From Vicugna vicugna (Eukaryota), in assembly GCA_013265495.1 (NCBI GenBank), contig MU061579.1:1207159-1271158 (forward strand): a DNA stretch of 64,000 nt, read 5' to 3'. The notes beneath the pieces are model-generated. The model was not told where the DNA came from. It made no database searches and saw only the letters and a list, made by a program, of their open reading frames with translations. How positions within the stretch are numbered: the first letter of the stretch is position 1; each line of letters begins with the position of its first letter. Positions 39,800 to 54,192 of the stretch are shown piece after piece. A program made the position numbers and the translations under genes.

Positions 39800-41200
39800 C
39801 CATTTCATTTAATGAAATCATGCAATACATGATCTTTCTTGTTGGCTTTGTTTATTCAGGATGCTACTGAGCTGAATTCACGTTTTTGTGGGAACCAGTA
39901 GTACCTTCCATTTTATTGTAAATATTAGTTCATTGTATGAGTATACCAACATTTTTCTACCAGTTTTCCTGTTGAAGAAAATTTAGATTGTTTCTGATTT
40001 TTGCCTAAAGAATAAAGCTGTTATAATAAATATGTATATTTATTACATATATACACACACATAGACACATATTTTCATTTCTCTTCAGGAAGTACCTAAG
40101 AATGGAACTGCTAGGTCTATAGTAAGTGTGTGTGTGTAGCTTGATAAGAAACTGTGAAATCACTTCCCAAAGTGGCTGTAGTATTTGCATTCCACTAGCA
40201 ACATATGAGAGTTCTGATTGCTTTATTCCCTTCCCAGCTTCAGTTTTAGTCATACTAATGGGTGTCTAGTCATATTGCATTGTGATTTTAATTCACTTTT
40301 CTCTAATTATTATTTGAGTATTTTCAAATGCCTACTAGGCATTCATATCTTCCTCTATAAAAGACTTGTTAAACTTTTAGTCCGTTTTTAGTTTTGTATG
40401 GGTCTTATTGAACACTTAGTGCATTTTTTATGTCTTTAATACAAGTTCCTTTTCAGGTATAAATAAGGAAAAAATATCTTTCCAGTCTGTATCTTGTCTT
40501 TTCCTTAATGATGTCTTTTTTTTCTCTTTCAGAACAGAAGATTTTAATATTAATGGCATCCACATTATTTCTTTTTTTTTCTTTTTATTTAGTGTTTTGG
40601 ATGTCCTAAGAAATTTTTGCCAAACCAGAGATCATCAAGATGTTCTATGTTTCCCTTCTAGATGCTTTATCATTTCAATTTTAGCTTTAGGTCTATGACC
40701 AATTTGGACTTAACTTCTGTATATGATTTGAGATAGTAGTCAAAATCATTATTTTTATTAATATGGATTTCAAGTTGTTCCATATAAAAGTATTTAACAT
40801 TCTTCATCAAGTACTGGTTGAACACATTTATCAGTTGGACAGTGTTACTCTACTTCTGTTTTCTGAAAGACTGTGTAAGGTTGAAATTATGGCTCTCTTT
40901 AGTTTGTAACAGAATTTACCAGTGACAAAATCTATGGTAGGGATTTTCTTTGTAGGAGCCTTTTTATTACAAATATAATTTATTTAATAGATATAGGGTT
41001 GTTGCAAATTTTTATTTCTTATGTTAATTTTGGTAATTTGTATCTTTCAAGGAATTAGTACATTTCATTTTGATTTAAACTTATTGACATAATTTGGAAA
41101 TAATCTTTCCTAATTATTTTTAATATATAGAAGATCTGTAGTAATGTCTCTTACTCATTTCAGATACTACTAATCTCTATTTTAATTTATATTTTATAAA
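39800..41200 (-). mobile_element. Old L1M (L1MB/MC-like) 3' end and ORF2 pieces
   Basis: ORF 40005..40253 ELSYVASGMQILQPLWE is a decayed ORF2 C-terminus. Also CAAAGTGGCTGTAGTATTTGCATTCC and AGAATTTACCAGTGA. Confidence 0.75.
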
Positions 41201-41329
41201 TATAGATATAAATTTAACAGTTTTTTAAAATTAGCTTTCAGTTTTATTTTTTCCTTTTTTTATTACATTTAGTTTTTTGTTAAGTTGCAGTCCACTGGCC
41301 ACAGATTATTTGATGTTTGTTTGCCTTTG

Positions 41330-42870
41330 TTTTTTAAGTATATTTTTATAGAATATAGAATGTCACAGTCACATTTCTTTCACTCAGCATTTTGAAAATT
41401 TTATTCCATTGTCTTCTCATGGTATTGTTTCTTCACTCAAATGTAATACAACGTTTTATTTGTTTATTTCTGTCTACTTTTAAATTTCTTCTTATTACCA
41501 CTAGTTTAAAATAACTTGATTATGATCAGTCTTGATGTTTAACTGTTGTTACCTTAAATGACGTTATCTTTACATTTACTATGTATGCATTTTTGAGTTT
41601 CTTGAATCTTCTAGTTTGTATTTTTAGTGAATTTTAGCAATTATTTATTTAAATATTTTCCTGCTCCTCTTTTTTCAATAGGTAAAATTATATGCATAGT
41701 TTACTATTTTTTATTTTCTCATAGGTCACTCAAGTTTTACCAACTTTTATTCAATATATATATTTTTCTGTGCTCCACTTTATATGTCTTCTTTTACATT
41801 CTTTTCAAATTTACTTATCTATAGTTTATAGTGTCTAATTTTCTGTTAAATGCAAATTGTGTATTTTTCTTTTCAGGTATTTTATTTTTCAGTTACAAAA
41901 ATTGAAAAAAAATTACTTTATATTTCTCTCTGCTTTATATTCATGTCATTATAATTCTTGAATGTATTCACAGCAATTATTTTAAAGTTCTTTCATGTTA
42001 ATTTGATCATATTTGCCACTTTTAAATCTGTTTCTATTAACTCATTTTCTTCTCATTTTAGATCTATTTTTCCTGCCTAAAAATATAATAATTTTTAAAT
42101 GGAATGGATAGTATGACCACTACAGTGTTAATTAAGCACATAGTTTTTTTTTTCAAATTGTTGAATTTTGTTTACACAGATAATTAATTTAGTCATGGGT
42201 CAGCTTCATCATTTTGAGAATTGTTTTTAAACTTTCTTAACTTAAAATCAGAGTAGGGAGGTTACCCTAGGGCTCTACTGTGAAGAAATGGTCTTTCTGG
42301 TGTTCCTGATGAATGTGTTAACTGTTCAATTATGTCTGCCTACCTAGGTAGTCAGAGTCTGAACATTTCTTGGTTATGTATGAACCCTGACAGATCTTCA
42401 GCTTACAGCTCCTTGGTAGTTACTGATTTCCCAGTTGTTCTCTTATCATCTTATTGGATGTTCTCCCTAAGCGTGCACAACTTCATATTCAGCCACATCC
42501 AAGGGGACACATGCATGTTTCTGGAGCGCTTTATCTGAAATTTTATACAAAGCTGTTTCCACTACAATGTCCTGCAGATTTCAGCCACCTCATCCTCCCC
42601 TCTCTGAAATACAATCTCCTCTTCTTGCCTAAACAGGTTTTCAAGATTTGCTTAGTTCGTTTTTGCCTGTACTATGTTTTTGAACGTTCTTTCAGACAGA
42701 GGGCCAGGTTGATTGTAGGGTTCACCTTGCTTATTTTTCTCCTCTCAGTGTCCTAATTCTGCTTTGCTGCTTTTTTAACTTCTGAAAGAGTTCTACATAT
42801 TTTGCCTAATTTCTAGTCTTTTTTTAGTGGAAATCTGTTTTCAGTTACTTCATCATGACTAAACTCCTGA
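41330..42870 (-). mobile_element. Old L1M ORF1/5' region remnants
   Basis: T-rich antisense L1 5' motifs: ATAGAATATAGAAT, CAGCATTTTGAAAATTTTATTCCATTGTCTTCT, CATAGGTCACTCAAG. Confidence 0.55.
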
Positions 42871-45039
42871 ACATATAACTTAAAACATGAAGAAAAACTT
42901 AAATAATATTATGTAGGAGTTGTGCTAAGTTATTTAAAATATTGTTTCATTTTATCCAGGAAAACACCCCAGGAGATTTTATCATTCTCATTTTTCAAAT
43001 AAAGGAGCAAAAAGGAAGACAGGTTTAATGATGCCTAGATGGTAGATAATTCCAGAAAGGCTTTATTCAGAACTAGATCAGTGGAAGGGAAAGGAAAGGA
43101 AAGGAAAAGAAGAGCATAAACAAAGCTGCATAAGAACGTGATTTCATGGAGTTCTTACGATTAGCCTTGTTTTCTCAAGCAGAGGATTCAACAGCAGGAC
43201 TTACATAAGGGGGAGGTATATGCTACTTAGACTATGGAAAGCCTAGAATACCAGCTGAAGGAGTATATATTTTATCGTAAAAACAATAAAAAAACATCAA
43301 GGGATCTTTCTGATACTCCTCTGAATAATTTGTTTACTCACTTAAATTGGAAGTAGATTTCGTATATTCATTTCAGCTCTGGGGAAGGAAAATATACATG
43401 CCCACTGCCAGCTTTCATCATTGCTGGGATATGTTATTTACTGGCTGATTCACCAAGAATTCTGGCAATAATAGTTCGAGAAAAACGCAGGCTGTTTCAA
43501 ATTAGAACTTTTATCTCTCTAGAGTATATGTCCTCTTGTACTGCTTTTTAGTATCAGAGAAAAATTGGCAATATGGCAAGCAGGTAATACTTCAGAATAT
43601 GCTAACTGTGGTTCAAATCATTAGAAAATATATAATCAGACTGGATAAAGTCTCTGTTTTGCATTATCATAAATTGATTCTACATATTATTATATAGGAA
43701 AAACTCTAGGTATTTTCATTATCAAAGGATAAGGAGAAATTAAATGTCTTCATGATGTCTTAGCTTGTCTAGGGACACAAATATATTGCTTTCAGTCATA
43801 TGGCAAATGTAGATGCCAATTGAGCACAGCAGCCACAAGAGAGCCATTTTATTTTGAAACTGAATGTTGTCCAGAATACTGGGTAAAAATCTCAACTCTG
43901 TTAAACCCCTAAGGTGTTTAACGTGAAATGAGTGTTTCATTACCAATTCAGATAAGCATAAAAGATAGAAATTTATTAGCTCTCTGGAGGTGTTTGTATT
44001 CCAAAAAGATTTCATAATAGCAATGATGATGGCTGAGAAGTGACAAAAACACTTATGGATTTTTTTGCTGTAAAGTGTATGCACAGTTTTACTATCATAC
44101 TTTTGAGGAATAAATAACAGCCTGTGAAGGCATCCAAAGTGTACAGGTTATACCAATTTTCTTATTAAATCTCTCATTTGTTGTTGTTTAAGTGTTAAAA
44201 TGTCCCCACTTGCATCTCTTATAATATTTAACACATTTTACATCTTTAAAATCATCCACAATATGCAGCTCAGTTGTTGGGAAGGACAATTGAATTTTTG
44301 CAGAAGAAAAATAAGAAGATAAATCCTTTACCTACTAAAAAGGAAACAATTACTGAACTAGATGTTGTGATATTCTTTTGTTTTTTCCTACACGGTCAAT
44401 ACAACTTCAGTGGGACATCATTTATTTGGCTGTATAAAGGAGGCACACGAAATTGATTAGCTGTTTTGCAATGGCCTTTGTGCTTTGGAAACTGTCAATA
44501 AGTGACCATTCTAGACATTGGCATGAGAAACCACGAGGCGCTTTCATTTGTTTGTCTGTCTAGTTGCTGCTTGAACAGCTGGAGTGTCTTTTAGTGATTC
44601 TCTTTTTCCGATGATAGCATAGCAATACAACTGTATTTTCTGGGCCTGATTCAAATCTTCATGCTTTAATTTCACAAAGACTAATAATTTGACTATGTAG
44701 ATTAGACAGCCACTGGTGCCTTAGCAGTACATTTATAGATCAAGCAATCATAGCCCCAGATCTTCCAGATGTCTGCAAACCTGTACTGCTGTTCTGGTAA
44801 TATTAACTCCTTTGTCATTTGAGTTTACCTCGATTTTGTTCTTTCTTGAAATTGAAGTGCTTTGGAATTAGGAGTTTTAAGCAGGGATGTGGCAAATTAA
44901 AATTTTCTGCATGAGGGATATATTTGTGTTTTTACCATTTTTTATTCTATTTCAGTGAAGTCAATACTTGTAATCAGGTCTTGTTTAGCATAATGAGCTC
45001 TGAATAGGCCCTCTGGTCAGATGACATCACTGCAAGTGG

Positions 45040-45205
45040 ATGAGATGTGACTTTCATTTTTAGCTCCACTAGAACTTGCTTGGTAACCTTGAACAAGCTG
45101 CTTAACCTCTCATTGACTTATTTTTATTACCTACAAATTGGATATAATAGGTTCAGCCTCCCTCATATCATACTGGAGGATAGTTAACATAATGTTTTAA
45201 AAATG
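45040..45205 (+). mobile_element. MIR SINE fragment
   Basis: TAGCTCCACT..GTAACCTTGAACAAGCTGCTTAACCTCTC..CCTACAAATTGG. Confidence 0.65.
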
Positions 45206-47330
45206 CCCTTGGCCCCCAAGGAACCCTGCTCTAAAACAGCAGTTGTATTGGAAATCTGACCCTTGACCATCTTTGCAACCTTTAAATTGCATCACTTATG
45301 CATATTGTCACGTCTAGCCTTTGCTCCTTAGATTGATCTTAGTCCATTTTAATCTTAAAAGCATCTCTTTAATATTCTTGGTCCATTTAAAATTACCTTT
45401 CAGTGAAACATGCAGTTCATGATAAGAGATTTGCAAACCCTAGAGAAATTAAAGATTTTTTATGAAAAACAGCAACTCAAGAGATTTTGAAAAAAATTAA
45501 GCATTGAATTAAAAATAGATGAAGCAAATGGATAAAATTATTTGATTTCAGTGATTGTATGGTAGATATTATAAACTCTTCTTTCCAAGGTGCACTGATG
45601 AAAACTTCCACCTTCAAATGTTTAGTTAGTAGTTGAAAGTATTCTTTTAAACCCTTGAAAATAATCTCTCTCCTTCATCTCACTTGTGGCACATCGTTAA
45701 CTGCAGCATAATTTGCTCGTATCTATCCCACATTTAGTATAATTTCTTTTCTTATTTACACCATGGTCACATTTCTTACTAACCAAAGTGCTGAGATGTG
45801 CAACCATGACTTCTTTGTGGATCATACTTATATCTACTTCCTTTCTGTTGTCTAAAGATATGTTTCTCTGTCAGTCTAGCCTCAAGTTCACTGAAAACAG
45901 TGACAAGATCAATCAGAGTTTTTTTTTTTATTCATCTCCTTTCTTTGTTCTCGTTCTCTACATTTAAGCTATCCAAAGAACATAATTTTTATTTTTTCCT
46001 CTATGTTTTTCCATTTGGTCATGGGCAAAAACAGTGGAGACCAGCAATATTTTCCAGTCAAGTGTATTTTATGAATTGATTTATTCAGTCACAGTGAAAG
46101 TACTCAGTTGAAATGGTACTATGGTATTATTTGAAAACGGTAATAACATGTTTTTATACACTTTCCTTGTCTATTTTTAATTAAATCATATAAAATGTCC
46201 AGTACACTTCTATTAAGTTAACTCTTGGTCACTTCTTCAGATTAAAGGCACAAAATATCATGCTTTAGCATATTCCAGAGAATACACTGACAGATCTGAA
46301 AACAATTTTTTAAATGGATTTATAAATCCTTTTTTTCAACTAATTATGAGGAATGCCTTAATATGGACATTGAAATTAAAGTTATAAGATCTCAAAGGAT
46401 TTTAGCTTAGCAGATATTTCATTGGGAAACTTCAGGTTCAGGGCTGTAGTCTATTTCTTCTGATTCCATTTAATCTGGAAACTTCCCTCTGACCATTTGT
46501 TATGGAAGTCCTGGTTTCACCAATCTCTGCACAGCATCAAGGAGTCTGTTACAAGTATTAGGTACCTGTAGAAGGTATTTTGCATGGCAGATATTGGAAG
46601 AAAATTGTTCTTATTTACAGCATTACACATTTCTGTGAAGTAACATGTTAGGGTGAGATTATTTAGAGCCTAGAAATGGTTGATGAAACCAGTATACACA
46701 GAGCAGATGGTATAAAAAAGCTCTGATTTATGAAAGTGATGAGTTCAATGAATGGTGATACATGTGATGTATAGAGTAGAACAGGGCAATAAAGAATCAG
46801 TGAATGACACAAAACTGTTCAGAACAAGATATTATTAGTTCAAACAGATTCTATATGAATACTAATTATAACCTTGGGTGTAAATTTACCCAACAACAGA
46901 TAACCTCTGCCACCTGTGTGTTTCTTTCCCACACTTTTCAACTGTTAACTACAAGTAAAATAAGTAGGGGACTATAAAACTATCATCCAGATCATCATTT
47001 GGGATTTTTATGATTTAGATTAAAAAGGATATTTTATAATAAAATTTTGGAAAACAAGTCATATTTAGATAAGAACAAGTCTTACCTGAAAGGGGAAAAC
47101 TGAGAGGGGTTTAGGCAATTTCAGTGAGTATACACAGCAGATTCAACACATTTTATGTTCCTGTGACATTCATAAAGTCTTGATAATTCATTTATAAGCT
47201 ATGTTGTTGTTGACTATGAGACAATCAGACTAAAACAACTTACAAAAAAAAGGAATTTATTACAGGTCATAGCAGGAAAACAGGAGGAAAGGTAGGTCCA
47301 GATTTACTCAATTCTAGACCTGAGTTAAGC

Positions 47331-47960
47331 CATTCATTCATTCAACAGATATTTCTTGATGTCCTAATAGATCTCAGGCCCTGTTCTGGGCACTGATACT
47401 TTCAGTATGCTATGCTAAAATAGCTGCAAATGTTTCATACCCCCCCTCCAAATGAGATAATGCCTAATTTCCCTAAACTTGAATCTTAGCTGGTCTGTTA
47501 CAAGAATTTTGCACAAGTGATGGTTTGGAACTTCCAGGAAAATGGTGTAAGAATCCTTGAAGCATCCACCTAGGGTTCTTAGAATGTTTATTCTCAGCAT
47601 AGTTTCTTTTGGAATGCAGTTTCTGTACTGTGAGATGTCCAGACTGTGTGGAGAGGCAACGAGGAGGCATTCCCGTTAATATTCCATGCTGAGCCTGCAG
47701 CGGACTTTCAGCAACATGAGTTTGTAGTTGACTCCAATTCCAACTGGTTTTTGACTGTAACTATCTAAGAGATGTCTAGTAAAAACCAATCATTTAAGCC
47801 CAGACATCCCAAAAAACTATGAGAGAAAACAATAAAATATCATTTTACTTACTAAGTCTTGGGGGTGTGTCATGCTACCATAACCATATACATGCAATGA
47901 ACAATACCGATATAAATCCCTAGAGTTGTCTCATTGGGGAGGCAGAAACCATGCAAGATA
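47331..47960 (-). mobile_element. L2 3' end interrupted by an MLT1 LTR
   Basis: CATTCATTCATTCAACAGATATTT..CAGGCCCTGTTCTGGGCACTG, resuming after about 47890. Confidence 0.6.
47410..47888 (+). mobile_element. MLT1(F/H-like) MaLR LTR
   Basis: AAGTGATG..ACTTCCAGG..TGTGGAGAGGC..GACTGTAACT..TGAGAGAAAACAATAAAAT..CTAAGTCTTGGGGGTG. Confidence 0.65.
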
Positions 47961-50900
47961 CATGAATAGGTTATGTATTTTTAAATGCCAGATTAAAAAA
48001 AAATTAGTAAGGTAGATAAGGTCAAACAGAGAGAGAGACTTCTACCCTGATATTATTATGAGTACAGACCTTCATGGTCACAAGAGAGTTTAAACAGCAC
48101 CTAGCAAGATACAGCCTAACAGAATATTCCAACTCTAGGAATAAAGACATTACATCTTTCTGATTTTCTATTTCTTAACAATAAGTAAAAAATAAATAAA
48201 TAAAAAAATTTCCCCAGAAAACCCCTAGCATATTTCTTATATAAAACAATTACATCACATAACCAAACTAACTTAACCCCAGCAAAGACTGATCAGATCA
48301 AAAGAGGAAACAACAGATACTAGATATAATACTTAATATTGGTACTGCTTGTTATCATGTAAAAGCCATATCCATTGAGGGTCAGAGAATGTCTTAGAGG
48401 AACTTAAATAATTCAATATATTTAATAAGGTTTAAATACAAAGGGAGGAAGCAAGGATTGTCAAATATTAACACTTCATGGAATGAATAAAATAGCTTGT
48501 TATCATTTACCTACATGAATACATGAATATATGCACACTTACATACAGGAGACTTTTAGCTACTTTTACAGACTTGTATATTTGAGGAAAGCAAATATAC
48601 AAATATTCTCATTTGACATCCAACTAATGCTTAGGAAGTTTTTTAAAAATCTGACTATTAACAAATTAAATATATTACATTTCAGGGAAAGATTTGTGTG
48701 AAGGATTTTTTTCTTAATTAAAAATTATAGTAATTTAAAAAAGACAGGGGACAAAATTAAGGAGAGACAGAACTTTTTTTTAAAGATATATTCAAGGTAT
48801 CAAACAAATAAAATTATTATAATTTTTTAAAAGATTAAACAATGTCTTGAAATGGTCCAGCACTTCCATACGAATTGCAAAATAAACATATAATAGCATG
48901 CAAGTGAGACATTTCAGATTCTCAATGAAGTGGACAATGAATATTTTAAGAATATCCTGTCTGAGTGTTTTGTTTAGGAATACAATGTAGTTATGTGAGT
49001 ATGGGACAAATACAGTGGAGTTTTGTTGATATAATCTCAAGGTAAGGAAGGACTTTTAAGAGAAAAATATATTTATAATTGTGAAAGTTTAAAAAAAAAA
49101 CTTTCCCAAACTACAGATTGTAATGTTAAAACATCACAAAAATAAGTTTTGGTTTCTGATTGGACTAGATTTATCTCTCTTTAAAAAATAATTATCATTT
49201 ACATTTTACTCTACTTTAAAAATATATATTATAGAAATTTTAATTTATATTCTCATTAAAATCATTGAAATAATCAATATTACATAAAATGTAATATTTT
49301 ATTAGAAGCATGACTACTATATATACTAGTAACCATATATTCTAGATCATTTCTCAGCAAACCCTCGCTTTATATTATTTATTACTTATAACCAATTAAA
49401 TGTATAATATAAAGTATTTAATTGTCATGCTCTGTATTGCCAATTAATTTGCATAGGGAAGGTTCAGTTTGAATAGAATAAGCAATCTGCTTAGATAGAC
49501 TTTCTTGTAACTATAAGCTCTATTAGAAAGCCACCTTGATTTCTCAAATATAGATGTGATGTTGCCATATGCTTACCATTATGATTTAGCAAGAAACTTA
49601 AGCTTTCTAATCATTGTTCTCATAAAAGCTTAATTGAAATATTGAAAATGATAGCAAATTCTGGAGTAACAGAATGCTTAATTATTCTACCTCGTCAATT
49701 GGAAAAAATGAAAAATGTGGATATTCAAAGATTGTTATTAGACTTATAACCTGCATTGCAAACATAACCTGAATTTAACAATTGTTTAAAAGTATTATTA
49801 TCGGTTAATTTTTACACCACTAATTTGTCTTCAAAAACTTGATAATTTCTGAGTAATTATTCTTCAGTACACGTGCATCACATATCTACTTTCAGATCAC
49901 AGATTTTAATTGCTATGATGTTTAAAATGCTGTTTTCAATCATAAGTAACTTACCTCATCAGAAGCTTAAGAATCAAGCAACACGATTTCTAAGTAACAT
50001 TAGCTGTATCTTATTTTCTACCCACATCTACAGATTTGAAATTGGTAGTTCAGTCATTTTCCTCGGAGAATCCTGTTGCTGATATTTGTGCTTTTATTGG
50101 CTAAAATCCAACTTTTATCATCTCTTTTCTTTGTCATTTATGAACACCTTAACTTCTGAACATTTGAGGTGTATATTTCATGTTTTTGGATATTTAACTT
50201 CTCTATAGCTTCGATATCCTTAATTTACACAACCAAAAGATGGCAGTGCTTCATCAAGATTCTTTTACTGTGGGGCTTAGCATTTATTTTCATGATAGTC
50301 AAAATCTACTGGGTGCAATTCTTATACTTTAAAAGTAAAGTTATATTCAATATTAACAGCTTTCCAATAAATATTTTAATTTTTGATCTCTAAATCATTT
50401 CTTTTTGGAAAAAAATGTAATTTGAGAAAATTAAAGACCTGTAATCATGTCAAATAGAACATACTTTGAGGACACACTTTAAGTACTCTTCTCTATATCC
50501 TCTCTTGGCTTTATTTGATTAGTTGCAGTTGAATCTCTGAAGACAGATCTTTGAAGACCTGTGGAAGTACCTTTCTATTAATAGAATGATCTTGATTTCA
50601 TTTCAAAGAACTTAAAGCCAGTATATGTGCTTTTATATGTGTCAAAGTGAGGCTGAATCTTAAAATTGTCCACCAGGCTCAAGAGTTTTGACTCCAGCTC
50701 TAACAAAGCCTGGACCCAAGTATTTCTAATTAACACTCCATCAATATAAGGGAAAGAGATTGTCATGTTTGAATACAGCAATACTGAAAGTCCACTGAAT
50801 TTCTGAGCATAAAATAATAATTAATGAACTTTTTTATTGTCCTCACTGCCTGTTGTATTAAAAGCTAGTTTTCTCTGACAGCCTTTGTCCCCTTAACTAT

Positions 50901-51131
50901 CTTTTTTCTCACTCGCAACCAAAACCTCCCAATAATCCATTCTAATGTATTTTAATTTAATAATTTTAGCAATATAAATCACAAACGATTTCAACTCTTC
51001 ATAACTGTAACCAAATTTATTTCCTAACCCCTAATTCTGCCTCTTGCAAGAAGCATTTGTCAGTATTTATTACTATGTTGTGTAGTATCAAAGGCAAAAC
51101 TCCAAATATTATATGTATTTTCCAAGCTGCT

Positions 51132-51631
51132 TGCTGACCAAGACAACCTTAACATTCTTCTCAGCTTGACTAAACTTAAGACAGGTTTCCTCCTGAATGT
51201 TAGTCCCTAACCTCCCTTTTCTTAGGCATTTGCTTTAGAAGATTTACAATTGGAAATTTCTTTCTTTGCTCTTTTGAGATGTAAATCTTCTCCCACCCAT
51301 TTGCCAGTTCTGTTTTTCTTAAGGACCCAGGGGCCCTCCCTTTGAAAATGTAATCATCAGGAAAGATAAGGCTCCTATCTTCCAGTTTTAAGTACAACTT
51401 TGCAATCATACAGGGTCTAATCACATTGACCAACCCTTCCTTTAATGCCCCCTGGTACTTTTCCACCCACTTACCCTCATGCTTAAAAACTCTCCTTCCT
51501 TTTGCATTAATAAAGTTGAGTTCAGTCTCTCTCCTCTATTGCAGTAATCTTGACCTCTATTGCAAGACTCTTGAATAAAACCTTTCTTGCTTGTTTAAAA
51601 CAACTTCATTTGGAGTAAATTTTCTTCGGCA
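51132..51631 (+). mobile_element. ERV1-class solo LTR (MER31/MER34/MER67-like)
   Basis: TG...CA termini. CTTGACTAAACTT, TTTGAGATGTAAATCTTC, TATA-like CTTAAAA and polyA signal TTGAATAAAA near the 3' end. Confidence 0.7.
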
Positions 51632-54076
51632 TTATTTTCTATTGTTGAAATTGCTGAAATAAAACATATCACAAAAGGATCCCAGTGATTCTCTGTACCC
51701 AGGATATGACTGAGGAACTAGGGCTCATCATTTTTATTGTTGTTGTTTCTTTGTAAAGAACAAAAGCTCTCTGGCTTAATTAAATGTAAACAATTTCAGG
51801 GGAGTGTTAAAGCGAGACCTTAAGGCTCTTAGCAGTGGTATCTTTACCTTGTTTCCCAGTTTCTTCTACAACTTCATGGAACTGCCTTTCATCAAGAAGT
51901 CCTGGTGAAGATTGGGAAAATGATTCACGTAAATAAAATCTGTCCCAAACTTTGGTAAGTGACAGTGTTAGAAAGGGTGTAACAGCAACAAATAGTCAAA
52001 ACAGAATGATTTACAGGTTTTAAAATGTCTGTAACTTATACAATTTAGGAAGCCTTGGAAAATAAGCTTCAGCTTGAAATATTTTAAAGTGACTGTCTAA
52101 CTCCTATTCTACCTACAGTGTCATTTCTTTAATGTCATTTCTTCAAGAAAATTTCTTTCTTATTCTGGGTTTATCTGCATTTGTTTTAAAATCCCAAAGC
52201 CTTTTTTATGAGAAGGTGGTATTACAAGGATGAGAACTTGGCAACTAATATTTACTGAGCTCTCGCTAGATGTCAGGCACTCATTAGCTCTTTTCGACAT
52301 TATTGCTCACAAGGAAGATACTTCCTTCTTATTGTCCCCATCTCCAACTAAGTGTTAGATTCTGATTATAGTTACTACTCCAAAGCAACAGTTAATTACT
52401 TCTTTAATGCATGTTCTTGCTAATCTTTACCTCCATAAGAACAGAGACAAATGTGAGTCTGTTTTGCTCACCTTTATATACATCTCCAGACCTGGCAGAG
52501 TGGAAATTGAACAAATCTTTATTGGATGATTAAATTATGCAGATAATATGATAGTGAGACATTTTAAATCTATGTTATAAAGAGAGTCATGGAATATGAG
52601 AAACCTTTCTGGGTAAGAATCACAAAAGGCATCTTTGGTTCCAAGTGTGACAAATGAAAGATCTTCCCTTACTTAGGGAAGCTCTGGATGTGGCTCAGTC
52701 TTAGGGAGTAGAAAGTGCGGGTGTGACTTTAAAATAGGAAGAAGTGCAAAATAGGTATTCTCTGCCAGAGGGTTCAAGTATCTGACTAGAGTTAATGACA
52801 TTACTCATTCTTGCTTTAAAATTTTGGAAAATGTAAAAAAAAACAAGTTCTCAGTATCAAATAAATAGGTGACCATCCTGGAAGATCTAATTTGCTTTGA
52901 ACTGAGTATTTTTGTTGATGAAGGAGTAAATCTGATAAAGCAGAACTATTATAATGATCACAGCCATTATAGAGAAGGGAGGAAATACAGACAAGCAGGA
53001 AAAAGAGGGTGGCCTCTGAGCCCAATGCAAACGTATAACCACTGCTGAAATCTGGCAATGTTTGTTTATCTATTATCTAGTACAAAAACTGAATTACTGT
53101 CAAAATTGTTTCAATCAGACTTTTTTAATTGAGGGAACGGCACAACCTAAAATTTGCTCAAAATTGTGTGCCTGGGAATTTCTCAGTCCAAGAATCGATG
53201 GTTTTTATCATCATTTCCAGGAGATTTATTATAAAAAAATATTAAGAACTATTTTTTTTGTCAATGCTGATGTCAAAATGATAGATTTCTTGGCTTCTTT
53301 GGGCTTGGTTAATGTTCAAAGGAAAGAGTAGGAAAAATGCCTTCTTCATGCACAATTTTCTAAACAATGCCATTTTCGTGATATTTCATCTAATTTTGTT
53401 GCCAGAATTAGATGCGAGTAGTGTGATAGAGTCCCATTATTCCAATTTGAAATTAATTAATCACTAGTGTCTCTAATTCCATTACTACTATTGTTATAGG
53501 TCTCTGGATATTATGTAGATAATACATATACATATATATTTATATATATTTTTAAGCGGTATGTTATACATTCTAAAGGATGCTATATTTTGCTTGACTG
53601 TTTATTTTTAATGTCTGAAGGAGTCTGTTATACTGCTATATTATTGTAATTCAATGGTGAAGTGTTTATAGTCAGTTGATATATTTTCTACCAAAATATT
53701 TTTTATACGTTTTTAAAGTTGAACAATTGATTTTCTTAAAATGCTGAATTTCATTAAGTCTGAAAAACTCTTTCCCCATTTTACAGGAGTGCCAATAAAG
53801 TCTAAACTTTTCTAGTCATATCAGTTTGCAATCAGAGTAAACTTTCTGGTATATAACAACAAAAGCTGTACTTGAAGTAACTTCAGAAAATACATGGCTA
53901 CTTTTGACAACAAGAGAGTTTCTTTGCTAAACACATATTCTATTCAAAAGTGAATTATAAGGTATTCAGTACAAGTCTACTTGTAGTTTCTGATTTCTTT
54001 TGCAGATGCAAAGAGTATGATCATAATAACAAGTTCTAAAATATTGTCTATGGAAGATATTTAAAATCTATTTTGA

Positions 54077-54192
54077 GGTTCAGACTACTATATATAAAAC
54101 AGATAAACAACAAGGTCTTCTATATAACACAAGAAAGTATGTTTAGTATTCTGTATTAACCTACAATGAAGGAGAATATAAAAAGAAAAAAT
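54077..54192 (+). mobile_element. Mini L1 3' UTR insertion with TSD
   Basis: ACTACTATATATAAAACAGATAAACAACAAG is homologous to about 58249-58350. Exact 12-bp TSD AATCTATTTTGA (54065-54076 / 54193-54204). Confidence 0.88.
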
